NCBI GenBank assembly: GCA_035559235.1
Contig: DATMBM010000016.1
Span: 28,431 to 92,430 of the forward strand
Direction: 5' to 3'
From: Minisyncoccota bacterium
Lineage (GTDB): Bacteria > Patescibacteriota > Minisyncoccia > Phycocordibacterales > UBA2100
DNA length: 64,000 nt
In this document: positions 1-9,026 of the stretch, in pieces
How the letters are laid out: the number at the start of each line of letters is the position of its first letter
Position numbering within the stretch: position 1 is the stretch's first letter
The notes under the pieces: generated by a model
Seen by the model: the letters and a program-made list of their open reading frames with translations, nothing else
What the model was told of the DNA's origin: nothing
The model's database searches: none
Position numbers and translations under genes: made by a program

Positions 1-361
1 ATTTGAGCGCTACCTTGCCGCCTGCTTCTTCGATCTTCTTCTTGAGCGCTTCCGCGTCCTCCTTCTTCATGTCTTCCTTGAGGACCTTCGGTGCGCCGTC
101 GACGAAGGCCTTCGCCTCGGCGAGACCGAGGTTGAGCGCCTCCTTCACGACCTTGATGACGGCAACCTTCTGGTCGCCTGCCGCGGTAAGTTCGACCGTA
201 AAGGTCGATTTCTCTTCCGCCGCCGCGCCGCCGGCTCCCGGAGCCGCAACGGCAACTGCCGCTGCCGAAACGCCCCACTTTTCTTCGATCGCCTTCACGA
301 GCGTGTTGAGCTCGAGGACGGTCATCTTTTCGACTGCTTCGATGATTTGTTCCTGTGTCAT
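1..361 (-). CDS. rplL: 50S ribosomal protein L7/L12 (C-terminus runs off window)
   Basis: Minus-strand translation from ATG at 361: [40 protein letters not shown]...[20 protein letters not shown]; follows rplJ. Confidence 0.97.
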   Translation of the reverse strand, partial: MTQEQIIEAVEKMTVLELNTLVKAIEEKWGVSAAAVAVAAPGAGGAAAEEKSTFTVELTAAGDQKVAVIKVVKEALNLGLAEAKAFVDGAPKVLKEDMKKEDAEALKKKIEEAGGKVALK

Positions 362-382
362 AGGTGTGGTGTTGATGGGTAA

Positions 383-892
383 TTATTGCGTTTTTGTCTT
401 CGCGACTTCGCTGAGCGCGATCGCAAAGCGCTGCATCGGGCTGTTCAAGACATTCGCGAACATACCGCGAAGTGTATCCATCGGAGGCACGGTCGCGATT
501 TCAAGCATCGAACCCTTGCCGACGAGGATGCCTTCGAAGATGCCGCCGAGGATCGAGAGCTTCTCTTCCTTGTTGGGTCCGAGGAATTTCTTCCCGTACT
601 CGTGCATCATGCGCGCCGGCGCCGTGGCATCATCGCCGCCGCCATAGGCGATTGCGATTTCTCCTTCCATCGGCACGTCCTCGGTCTTGTGGCCGAGCGC
701 TTCGAGCGCGCGCTTGATGAGCGTCTTCTTCGCAACGGTGTATTTTACGCCCGCGTTTTTGAGTTCGCGCCGCATTTCCGTTTCCTCCCTGATGTTTACC
801 CCCTTGAAATGGACGATGACCGTCGAGACGGAATTCGCGAAGGCGTCTTCAAGCTTTTTTACCAGCTCGATTTTCTGCTGTTTCGTCTGCAT
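383..892 (-). CDS. rplJ: 50S ribosomal protein L10
   Basis: 169 aa with L10 motifs (LKNAGVKYTVAKKTLIKRAL, ILGGIFEG); upstream of rplL. Confidence 0.96.
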   Translation of the reverse strand: MQTKQQKIELVKKLEDAFANSVSTVIVHFKGVNIREETEMRRELKNAGVKYTVAKKTLIKRALEALGHKTEDVPMEGEIAIAYGGGDDATAPARMMHEYGKKFLGPNKEEKLSILGGIFEGILVGKGSMLEIATVPPMDTLRGMFANVLNSPMQRFAIALSEVAKTKTQ

Positions 893-985
893 AGTCTCTT
901 CTGAGCTATGCGAATAATATAAGGGCGAGTTGTCGACCTCGGCGGGCTTGCCCGTCTGACGCGAAGCATCAGGAGGGACTTACGT
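893..985 (-). promoter_or_regulatory. Possible L10 leader (autoregulatory RNA element)
   Basis: 5' UTR of rplJ contains AGACGGGCAAGCCCGCCGAGG, resembling the AGAC...CCGAGG core of L10 leaders; position fits. Confidence 0.35.
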
Positions 986-1057
986 TTGTGAGCGCGTGCT
1001 CACCCGCTGTCTCTGGCCCTTAAGCGGCATAGTACCGTACAAAATGGAAAAAGCAAG

Positions 1058-1081
1058 GCGGGAGCGCGTACGCGCTCCCGC
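1058..1081 (-). terminator. Intrinsic terminator
   Basis: Perfect palindrome GCGGGAGCGCGTACGCGCTCCCGC followed on minus strand by CTTGCTTTTT, just after the stop at 1089. Confidence 0.7.
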
Positions 1082-1088
1082 ACTCTTC

Positions 1089-1382
1089 CTACCGCATCTC
1101 GTCAAGTTCATCGAGCAGCGCGTGCGCGTATGTGAGGCTTTCTTCGTTTGCATCAAGCCGCTCCTTGATTGCTCCATGATCCATCTGAAGGTTTCGTGCC
1201 TCAAGGCGGAGTATCCGGACGCGCGCGCGGCGCCGGTCTATTTTTCCGCGGATGCCCGCATGCTTCCATCCTTTTGGGGGAAGTTTCAACCACGTACGCA
1301 GCCGCAATGCACCGACAAGCGTTGCAAGCTGCAGCTCAACGGCTGCAAGCCGCGCTGCAAAATGCACGATTCCCAACCACAC
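1089..1382 (-). CDS. Hypothetical basic/coiled-coil protein (97 aa)
   Basis: GTG start preceded by GAGGAGG Shine-Dalgarno; ends ...NLQMDHGAIKERLDANEESLTYAHALLDELDEMR; terminator downstream. Confidence 0.55.
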   Translation of the reverse strand: MWLGIVHFAARLAAVELQLATLVGALRLRTWLKLPPKGWKHAGIRGKIDRRRARVRILRLEARNLQMDHGAIKERLDANEESLTYAHALLDELDEMR

Positions 1383-1434
1383 GATGCCCTCCTCTGGTTG
1401 CCGGCTCGCATCCTGCCACTGGCCGCAAACTGAG

Positions 1435-1626
1435 TCAATCGAAGATTCGCTCCCACCAGGGCTCGCCTTCGTCACCCACCATCGCCCGAAACGCGGCAGC
1501 GGTCTGCTCTTCTTTTTGTTGTTCCATCTCAATCGTCGCGACGGCATAGGTGAGCCCGAGCCCGACGCCGATAAAGACGGTGAATCCGAGTACGAATCGG
1601 AAAAACGAATTAAGCGACCGCTGCAT
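1435..1626 (-). CDS. Small single-pass membrane protein (63 aa)
   Basis: Hydrophobic FVLGFTVFIGVGLGLTYAVA then acidic tail; TATACT box upstream. Confidence 0.7.
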   Translation of the reverse strand: MQRSLNSFFRFVLGFTVFIGVGLGLTYAVATIEMEQQKEEQTAAAFRAMVGDEGEPWWERIFD

Positions 1627-1656
1627 ATTTCACTGACAGTATAGCGCACAAAAGAA

Positions 1657-1683
1657 GTCGCCACGGCCTTTGGCCGTGGCGGC
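1657..1683 (-). terminator. Intrinsic terminator
   Basis: Hairpin GTCGCCACGGCC-TTT-GGCCGTGGCGGC with T-rich tail on minus strand, after the stop at 1690. Confidence 0.7.
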
Positions 1684-1689
1684 GGAAAA

Positions 1690-2100
1690 TCAGATATTGA
1701 ACTCGTCGAGGATGTCGGCCATCGTATGCCGCGATTGCAACCCGACATTAGCCCAATTCCAGCCGTGCTGAAATCTTCGATGCGATCGGTCAGGGCGGCC
1801 GTACTCGCTAATCCGTATGCGGATGTCCCCGACGGTTCGCATATTTGCCCAGGGCAGTCCCTCGATAAGTCGTGAGAACACCCCGTGTCGCTTTTGCGTT
1901 TTTTCGTAGTTTGGGTGACGCTCCTTAAATTTCGCGATCAGTTCTGCGACCGAGGTAGTGTCGGGAATGGTTTCTGCATCGGGCGCTTCACCATCGCCTC
2001 CAACGAGCGTCCGGAGACGATCCCGCACGCATCCAGCGTCCGCAATGATGCGATTCATCGTTCTGATCATGTCTTGGATACTCTCTTGCTTCTTGGGCAT
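1690..2100 (-). CDS. Hypothetical protein with a C-terminus resembling the RNA polymerase alpha-CTD (136 aa)
   Basis: ATG with GGAGG SD; C-terminus ANMRTVGDI...NVGLQSRHTMADILDEFNI echoes the alpha-CTD pattern. Confidence 0.6.
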   Translation of the reverse strand: MPKKQESIQDMIRTMNRIIADAGCVRDRLRTLVGGDGEAPDAETIPDTTSVAELIAKFKERHPNYEKTQKRHGVFSRLIEGLPWANMRTVGDIRIRISEYGRPDRSHRRFQHGWNWANVGLQSRHTMADILDEFNI

Positions 2101-2162
2101 CGAGCTCCTCCAGCGCAAGTGCTCCTGCAAACCTATATCATTCGCGCCCGCTTCGCAAACAT

Positions 2163-2555
2163 TCATGAAATCCGCCGCATGAGTGAGGGTGCCGATTTTT
2201 TGAGGATATTGTTGACGAGGGTGCCTAGGAACCAGGCGATGACGCCGAGAATCACCGGAAAATAAATGTGGGTAGCATCGAAAACAATTTCGAAAAGAAT
2301 GGCAGGACAAAGCGCGACGATATTCCACAACCAAATATTTTTCCCGCCAACGGAATGCATTAAGAAAGTGACCAGGAAGATTAATGTAATGGGTAGACCT
2401 AAGATCCATTCGATCGTTCCTGGCGCCCCAATAAAATTACCGCCTGTAGCGTGGGGGAATAGAGATACGTACAGAGCCCCGAGAAGTTGTGCAAATAGGT
2501 ACGTGAGAGCGTACGCAGACGCAATAACCAATATCCTTAGTGTGGCGATACTCAT
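2163..2555 (-). CDS. Four-TM membrane protein (130 aa)
   Basis: Four hydrophobic segments; starts 10 nt after the lipase stop; low GC. Confidence 0.8.
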   Translation of the reverse strand: MSIATLRILVIASAYALTYLFAQLLGALYVSLFPHATGGNFIGAPGTIEWILGLPITLIFLVTFLMHSVGGKNIWLWNIVALCPAILFEIVFDATHIYFPVILGVIAWFLGTLVNNILKKSAPSLMRRIS

Positions 2556-2565
2556 AGTCGCAGAG

Positions 2566-5388
2566 CTAATTACTAATTAACCATAAAACATCCTCCTTTA
2601 ATATCTGATACGCTTGCTCACTTAAGCCTTTTCCTCGTTGCTTATTCAACTCGATAATCACTGCACCAGCAAGAATCTTATCCACTACTTTCTGCAACTT
2701 CTCCCCCTTTGGCTTACCATCGGTCTTCTTTTCGATAACCCGTGAGATCTTTACGGCTGCGGTGAATTTCTTAACGATGTTGTCTCGTACCTTTTTCGTC
2801 ATCCAGCCGAGCGAATATGCTCTATCGATATCTGAAAGCGTACTTTCGACGGTCGCCACCACACGAAAGTGCTTGACCGACGTTGTTGCATTGCCCACAT
2901 TGTCCGTTGACGATGCGACAAGCGTATACTCTCCCAGCTTTTTGAAGAACAGATCGATCGTACCTTGATTGGGTACTGTCGTCGTTCCTAAGCGCGCCAC
3001 AAGCTCATAAACCCCGGATTCGTCGCTCGCCGAAATATCGATCGGCAGCTGGTCGGAGCGCGGATAGTCTTTTGTCTCGGGTGAATCAATCGAAATTATG
3101 GGTGGATCAGTATCCACGGGCATCACTTCCAGCTTCTCTGGAGTTGCGTTATTGATTGAAACCTGTAACTCAGTGATAAGTCCAGGTGCCGTATTTCCGG
3201 TAAACGAGGCCTCAATCATTTCATCTTGGCTGATATAGTTCGTCTCGACGGTGTAGGAGCCGCTATCGGTCCCCTGCGTGATAACTTTGTATTCGCCATC
3301 GAGAGGGTTGAGGATGGTGATAAATTCCGTATTGGTGTTAAAGCCAGTATAAAACGCGTCCGGTATTTGATTGATTGCCTGGCCGTTTTCTTTACCGATT
3401 TTTTTGCCGTCAGGAGCGACCACGAGCAGGTCGGCGGGTGAAAGTATTTTGACGTTCAATAATTTAGCTGTAAGCGAATCGTGTTCGTGCGAGAGGAATC
3501 CGGCGACTTGTCCCGTTAAGACGAAATAGACGTCGCCTTGTGCCTCAGTAGGTAGCGCGTTATGCGAAAATGCAGTTGTGAGCAGATTTAAATCAACAAA
3601 TGATGCACTCGGCAACGGAACTGTGTTGTCACCCTCGCCGCGCACCAAACCATGGTCTCCGATAAAAGAATAATAATTCTCTGGATAACCATGTGGCCAC
3701 AACGGAGCGTATTCGCTTGAATCAGTTGCTAGTATCCCAACAATTGTCTGCCTCTGCGAAGTATTACCAATGACACTGTGGATACTAACCCCAACGTTTA
3801 TCAAGTCTTCTATGCGGTCATTTAAATTTTCTAGGAAGGGATTGGTCGGGTAATTCATCGGATAATTTCTAAGCTGATCAGAGTCGAAAATGTATGCGTA
3901 GACAGGAAGAAGCTCCTGCACAGAGGGAATCGGTCCAAATTGAATATACGAGAAAAGGTTGTCGTAACCATTTTCGTACGCTTCGTGTTCCAAGATGAGT
4001 TCGAGAATCTTTCCCAAGACATCTCCCGTTACAGCAAATTCCCCTCCCTCCCACATCAAGTACGCTTTTGGAGCTCCAAGATGAGGCGTGCCGAGGAAGA
4101 TGAGCTGGTCAACATCATCTTCGTATGCGTCGGATTGGATATACTGCCGCGCGACGAGCCCGCCCATCGAATGGGCAACCAGGTCAACCTTGTTGCATTC
4201 ACAGATTTCCTTTACCTGGTCAATCTTCTCTTTGAGCAGGACTGCGGTCTCGACATTCGATTTGCGCCAATTGTAAGGAAACGTGAACAAATCAACTCCA
4301 GGCGTATAGTGGTTTATATCCAGTGTCGCGATAAGGTCGTCGTACGTATGCAAAATCGGGTCGATCACCCATTCTCCATCGCTATTCCGCTCCGAGCCAA
4401 GAATGCCCGGAATGATAATGACGGGGTCAGGTGCGGAACGTTCCGCCTCAATTGTCGGAGGAAAGGGGGTCGTCCGCACGGTCGACGTGTTTCCCACGAC
4501 GGTGCCATGGAAGGACACAAACGCGGCATCGGCCGGGATCGTGCCGTTGCACGCAGTGCATTGAATCGGTACGTCGCTTTCGTCATCCCAGAGTGTCCAT
4601 TCGGTAGGAGACGTCATGCGGAATGAATAGTATCGGATGTGCGGCGTAATGGCGGTTGCAGTGACTAGCGTGTTGTAGTTGGGGACGACAAATCCACACG
4701 TCTCGTCAGGAGTTATGACGGCAGAGCGGAAGAGCCGACCGTCGTTGAACGGGACCTTGAGACGCAGATGGACGCGGAGCAGTCCGTCAACGTATTCCGC
4801 GCGTTCGTAGGAATCGAAGAAATAACCGTCTGCTGCGATTGAAGGGCAGGATTCGTGTTTTTCCACCTGATTCTCTAACTGCGGCGGTTCGCCGCCATGC
4901 TCAAACATTCGCACGGTGCGCGATTCGAATCGGGAACCAAACCCTCCCGAATACTGTCCCCTAAATTTGATGCGCGTGTATGAAGGATACTTCGGTATTT
5001 CCAGGCTTGTTACCAGCGCTTCATTTTGATCGTCCCACACTTCAAGTTGGGTCGGCGAGGCGAGGCGAATACTCCAGTGGGTGACTCCAGAAGGCAGCTG
5101 GAAGGGATCTGACGTTGGTACGCTATTCACCGCGAGCGTGCATTCGTCATCATATGGGAGCCACTGAATTCGAAAAGGACCTCCCCCGGATGCAAAAATC
5201 GGATCGTTTCGGAAATGGTAGATTAAATTTCCGTCGGGCGAATACTCCACACTCTCGTAGTTGGTGAAGAAAGTTCCTTCTGCAGTAAGCGCAGACAAGC
5301 CGCAGGGCTCCGTGAGCGCACTCGTGGTTGGCGCAAGGCTGAACGATAGCGCGCAAATCACCAATACGACACTTTTCCGAAATCTCAT
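2566..5388 (-). CDS. Large secreted alpha/beta-hydrolase (PGAP1/LCAT-like lipase/acyltransferase), 940 aa
   Basis: Signal peptide; duplicated N-terminal beta domain; PVIIIPGILGS oxyanion motif, VAHSMGG nucleophile, LGTPHLGAP, GDNTVP; C-terminal Ig-like domains. Confidence 0.88.
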   Translation of the reverse strand: MRFRKSVVLVICALSFSLAPTTSALTEPCGLSALTAEGTFFTNYESVEYSPDGNLIYHFRNDPIFASGGGPFRIQWLPYDDECTLAVNSVPTSDPFQLPSGVTHWSIRLASPTQLEVWDDQNEALVTSLEIPKYPSYTRIKFRGQYSGGFGSRFESRTVRMFEHGGEPPQLENQVEKHESCPSIAADGYFFDSYERAEYVDGLLRVHLRLKVPFNDGRLFRSAVITPDETCGFVVPNYNTLVTATAITPHIRYYSFRMTSPTEWTLWDDESDVPIQCTACNGTIPADAAFVSFHGTVVGNTSTVRTTPFPPTIEAERSAPDPVIIIPGILGSERNSDGEWVIDPILHTYDDLIATLDINHYTPGVDLFTFPYNWRKSNVETAVLLKEKIDQVKEICECNKVDLVAHSMGGLVARQYIQSDAYEDDVDQLIFLGTPHLGAPKAYLMWEGGEFAVTGDVLGKILELILEHEAYENGYDNLFSYIQFGPIPSVQELLPVYAYIFDSDQLRNYPMNYPTNPFLENLNDRIEDLINVGVSIHSVIGNTSQRQTIVGILATDSSEYAPLWPHGYPENYYSFIGDHGLVRGEGDNTVPLPSASFVDLNLLTTAFSHNALPTEAQGDVYFVLTGQVAGFLSHEHDSLTAKLLNVKILSPADLLVVAPDGKKIGKENGQAINQIPDAFYTGFNTNTEFITILNPLDGEYKVITQGTDSGSYTVETNYISQDEMIEASFTGNTAPGLITELQVSINNATPEKLEVMPVDTDPPIISIDSPETKDYPRSDQLPIDISASDESGVYELVARLGTTTVPNQGTIDLFFKKLGEYTLVASSTDNVGNATTSVKHFRVVATVESTLSDIDRAYSLGWMTKKVRDNIVKKFTAAVKISRVIEKKTDGKPKGEKLQKVVDKILAGAVIIELNKQRGKGLSEQAYQILKEDVLWLISN

Positions 5389-5462
5389 GCGGCAAGTATC
5401 TACTCAACCTTGTGAAGGACAAGTCGGGAGTGCACGAAAATGTGCATAACTGACAAATCAGA

Positions 5463-5502
5463 ATGTATCACTTTCTATACCATGGTATAGAAAGTGATAC
5501 AT
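5463..5502. repeat. Perfect 40-bp palindrome (putative operator/cruciform)
   Basis: ATGTATCACTTTCTATACCATGGTATAGAAAGTGATACAT is its own reverse complement; 22/25 partial copy at 6124-6148. Confidence 0.95.
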
Positions 5503-5531
5503 GGGTTCACATTCCACGATTCCTATCGCTC

Positions 5532-6128
5532 TCAAATACTGAAGCGCTTGCGTAACACTCGATCGCTGCCAAGTGAGTCCGCAACAACGAGGCGCAGCTC
5601 CTCGTCAGAAAGCGAAAAAGCGTCTCGTAGCACGCCAACCTGTTCAGAACAATCGAATGGATATATCCAGACGCTTTTCTGTAACATGATCGCCCCGAGG
5701 CGTCGTATCAAACTCCTGAACGCGTTCCGTTTCGCGGTCTCGCCGGTCGGGATATCAAATAAAATAATCCGCCACTTGCCGTCCCAAACGTCAGGCCGAA
5801 CCATCGGTCGGAGAAGGATGCGCCGCGCAACCAAGCTTCGGGCACGCGCTCGTCCGTGTGACGTCATCTCGATTCGCATTCCGCGCTTTGTCGATCGTTT
5901 TTTTACATACCCTTTGCGAAGTAAATATTGGAACGACTGCTGTACCTTTCTCTTGCGATCTCGATCCTCCGCTTTGAACACGAAACCAACCCCGGCCAGT
6001 GCAATAAAAAGAGTCGGCGCAAGAGTTAAAGCAGCGGCAACGCCTCCTGCAACAAACAGTGCCTCTAGTATTCCATGTGGCGTGTCTTCAAAAAGCATCG
6101 GCTCGGGATGTTTAGTTTTTTGAACCAT
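5532..6128 (-). CDS. PaaX-like transcriptional regulator with Cas2-like C-terminal domain (stand-alone)
   Basis: wHTH-like region (FQYLLRKGYV...IEMTSHGR) then WDGKWRIILFDIP...RNAFRSLIRRLG...LQKSVWIYP; no CRISPR array or cas1 in the window. Confidence 0.85.
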   Translation of the reverse strand: MVQKTKHPEPMLFEDTPHGILEALFVAGGVAAALTLAPTLFIALAGVGFVFKAEDRDRKRKVQQSFQYLLRKGYVKKRSTKRGMRIEMTSHGRARARSLVARRILLRPMVRPDVWDGKWRIILFDIPTGETAKRNAFRSLIRRLGAIMLQKSVWIYPFDCSEQVGVLRDAFSLSDEELRLVVADSLGSDRVLRKRFSI

Positions 6129-6166
6129 GGTATAGATAATAATACATGAAGAAAACGGTGTAATAC

Positions 6167-6192
6167 AAAAACTCCCCGTACGGGGAGTTTTT
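6167..6192. terminator. Bidirectional intrinsic terminator
   Basis: AAAAACTCCCCGTACGGGGAGTTTTT, perfect palindrome with A/T tails. Confidence 0.85.
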
Positions 6193-6198
6193 GGTAAC

Positions 6199-6228
6199 GC
6201 ACAAAGCCCCCTTTCGGGGGCTTTGTGC
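6199..6228 (-). terminator. Second hairpin of a tandem terminator behind the surface-protein gene
   Basis: GCACAAAGCCCCC-TTTC-GGGGGCTTTGTGC. Confidence 0.75.
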
Positions 6229-6274
6229 TGCTTACGTAGAGCCTAGGTGCTACGAAGCATGTCGATCAAGAACG

Positions 6275-8308
6275 TTAGTTGTTGATCGTGTTGAACGACG
6301 TGCGGAAATCTTCTTCCGGAGTGGCGTACACAACAGATTCCGGTGTTGCGTCGTCTGCCGTCGAGTGACCGACAGCGACGAGTTGGACACGGTACTGTTG
6401 GTTGCCAGTGAACGACGCGTCCGGATTGAAGGACGCTGTGAGCACGAAGTCTGCCGAAGCGCCGCCGCTGATGCGAACGGAGTTCGTGAGTTCCGTACCA
6501 CCCGACACGCGAGTGAGCGCCGATCCAATCGGAGACGTAGTCGCCGTGAGGCTGCCATTCTCGATGAAGAAGTTGACGCCCTCGATCTGCGACGCTGTCA
6601 AGCCTGACACGCTTGTCGTTGCAAGCGTTGTGAGCGGAATGTACACGTCGTTCGAACCAAAGTTCGTAATGCGAAGTGTCATCTTGAACTCACCCGAGCT
6701 GTTCGCCGGAGTGTCGTTCTGCGCAGGCGTGAAGCTTTCACCGACCTTCGTAACCTGGATACCCTCCGAGAAGAGCGTCTGGGTGTAGGTCGTCACTGAA
6801 CCAGCGCGTTCAGTGACCGACTTGCCGTCTGATGTCGCGCGAGCATTAATGTCGCCGACAGACGGAGACGTCGATGCGGTGATGGTGTCACCTTGGTCGA
6901 ACGCAGTGCCCACGCCGCTGCCCGTTGCGATGGAGTTGACCTTCGCGACGATGCGGTAAGTCTGCGTCGAGCCAGATGAGAGGTTTTCGATGTCATCCAA
7001 GACGAAGTTGAGGATCTGGCTTCCCGCCGTTGCGGTGCTTGCCGCAAGTTCGGCGATACGAGTGCTCCCCCTCATGAGGAAGAAGGTCTGCACCATGTCG
7101 CTCACCTGGTCAACACCTGTAAGGGTCGTCGAAGCTGTGAGGCGATCGAAGTACATGTCCGCGTTTTCCGCTTTGAGCGTGAACTCTGCAAGCGTAACTT
7201 CCGTGGTGTTGGACTCGTTAACCTTCACGTTGCCTGACTTCGGATTGCCCGAACCTTCAGCCATACGGAGTTTGACGTCCGTAGCTGACGAAGAACGGTT
7301 GACGTACACGCCAGCACCGGTCGTGGCCGCGGTTGCGCCACCGTTGTTAACCGTCGTATTCGGATCTTCGAAGAGAACGGCACCGGAGGCATCCGTGTAG
7401 CGAACCTGCGTAACCTGGACCAACCAGTCGTTCGTGCTGCCGATATCATCCGAGTCGAGGGACGAATTCGCCGTCGCGCCGACATGGAAGGTAACCTTGT
7501 TGGCCGAACCCATACGAACAATCTGATCAACCGGGATAGATGCAGAGTAGACACCTGCTGCATCGCGGGTGAAGGACGATGCCGGCATGGAGCCGATCTT
7601 CGTGCCGTTTGCCCAGATGCTCACTTCACTGAAGTATGCCGCAAGGGTGTCAGAAGAAGCTGCTGATGCGCCGCTGTCTTTGTCGAAGCGGACGCGGATG
7701 TTCGTGACGCGGAGGTCGGAGCCGGAAGCTTCAACCTTCATGCCGACGATCTTTTCTGTCTGGCCGGAGAGAACCTCATCTTCCACGTCTTCAGACGTTG
7801 AAGTGATGGTTGCTGTGCCAGCCGTACCGTTCAAGCCCTGGTTACCACCTGGGGCTGTCGGAGTCGACGGAGACGAAGCGCATACCGATGCGACTTTCGC
7901 GCGAGTGATCGGACCCCAGTAGCCCGCTGCCGGCGAGACGCCGTTTGCAGCCTGCCACTTGGCGACCGCCGCACGCGTAAGTGCGCCGAAGTACGACGTC
8001 TCATTGCCCGGAGAGCCCGGACCCGAAGCGGCGACCTGTGCGCCGTGACTGTTAAGGAATTTCTGGATTTGCATGACCTCACCGCCGTTGTCGCCCATTT
8101 GGTGAGTCATCGTGAAGGCATAGCAGCCTGAGCCTGAGCTGGACGAACCGCCCTGGAGCGCTGCAATTTGTGCGAGAAGTGCCTGGACTTGTGCCTGAAG
8201 ATCCGAGAGCAAGTCTGCCTTTGCCGGTGTGGCAACTGCAAACGAAAGCGCAAGGACAACTGCGCAACCCACGAGCACTGTCGCAACATTCTTTGTTGCT
8301 AAACTCAT
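6275..8308 (-). CDS. Secreted peptidoglycan-binding-domain surface protein, S-layer candidate (677 aa)
   Basis: Signal peptide ending APAKA; coiled coil LQAQVQALLAQIAALQG; PG_binding_1-type motif (EVMQIQKFLN...YFGALTRAAVAKWQAANGV...GYWGPITRA); Ser/Thr/Gly-rich beta repeats. Confidence 0.85.
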   Translation of the reverse strand: MSLATKNVATVLVGCAVVLALSFAVATPAKADLLSDLQAQVQALLAQIAALQGGSSSSGSGCYAFTMTHQMGDNGGEVMQIQKFLNSHGAQVAASGPGSPGNETSYFGALTRAAVAKWQAANGVSPAAGYWGPITRAKVASVCASSPSTPTAPGGNQGLNGTAGTATITSTSEDVEDEVLSGQTEKIVGMKVEASGSDLRVTNIRVRFDKDSGASAASSDTLAAYFSEVSIWANGTKIGSMPASSFTRDAAGVYSASIPVDQIVRMGSANKVTFHVGATANSSLDSDDIGSTNDWLVQVTQVRYTDASGAVLFEDPNTTVNNGGATAATTGAGVYVNRSSSATDVKLRMAEGSGNPKSGNVKVNESNTTEVTLAEFTLKAENADMYFDRLTASTTLTGVDQVSDMVQTFFLMRGSTRIAELAASTATAGSQILNFVLDDIENLSSGSTQTYRIVAKVNSIATGSGVGTAFDQGDTITASTSPSVGDINARATSDGKSVTERAGSVTTYTQTLFSEGIQVTKVGESFTPAQNDTPANSSGEFKMTLRITNFGSNDVYIPLTTLATTSVSGLTASQIEGVNFFIENGSLTATTSPIGSALTRVSGGTELTNSVRISGGASADFVLTASFNPDASFTGNQQYRVQLVAVGHSTADDATPESVVYATPEEDFRTSFNTINN

Positions 8309-8721
8309 AGTTTGATATATGACCTTTCCCCGCGCGAAAAAGTTTTCCGCGCCGGGCGCATCTGCGGCTTTTCGACAGAACCACAGATACTTTTTGTGTG
8401 GCATCCACTTGCGTGGATACAACTAATAATTTTGCTAGCCCCGGACCCGCTTGTAAGTTACTAAAGTGGGGACGAGGGTTAGCATCGATGATGAAGACCG
8501 ATATGCATCCGATACAACCGTGTCTGGACGTTGCGGCCGTTTCTGAAGAGTGCGTGATTTTCTACTCTATAGAAGGAGACGCACCAAGCCCTAAAGCCTT
8601 TCAGCCCGGAGCTGCTCCTGTGTTCATCCTCTATTCACCTGCCAAAGAACGTCGCCACCAGATTCGTTGCGCTGATTGCGAGACGCAAACCCCCAAGGAG
8701 GGATTTGCGTACGCTCATTAT
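8309..8721 (-). promoter_or_regulatory. TATAAT promoter box (8716-8721) and structured 5' leader of about 400 nt
   Basis: Minus-strand TATAAT followed by several hairpins, e.g. ACGCAAATCCCTCC-TT-GGGGGTTTGCGT and TGCTAACCC...GGGCTAGCA. Confidence 0.5.
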
Positions 8722-9026
8722 AAACCAGCGCCGTTTCGAGACTCCCACGAACACAGCGGCTCTTTGTGGATAACTAGCGCAAGAGACGCTGCAATTGAGC
8801 GGTTTTCTTGCCCTCTAGTTATGGCAAAAAGATACGGTAGCGCATTCATAAAGTCAATATGCGTCGCTTGACTTATTATGTTCTTATGGTGTCCTTTATG
8901 CCTGCAGCCGCGTTCCCCTTGCCCGTAATCTAATAATGCGGTGGGCCCCAGAGACGCCCGTGCAAGGTCCCCCTCATAACAAGCATCGTATTTGAAAACA
9001 GTGGCTCCGTGCCGCCCTCCCACGAG

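Noticed and set aside
5532-6128. CRISPR-Cas locus suggested by the Cas2-like domain
   Set aside because: No repeat-spacer array and no cas1 or other cas genes in the window; the protein has PaaX-like architecture
8309-9026. tmRNA, RNase P RNA or SRP RNA in the long spacer; ORFs 8398-8871(+) and 8718-9023(-)
   Set aside because: No GAGGAAAGTCC, tRNA-like ends or SRP loop recognised; the ORFs have no recognisable motifs or start signals
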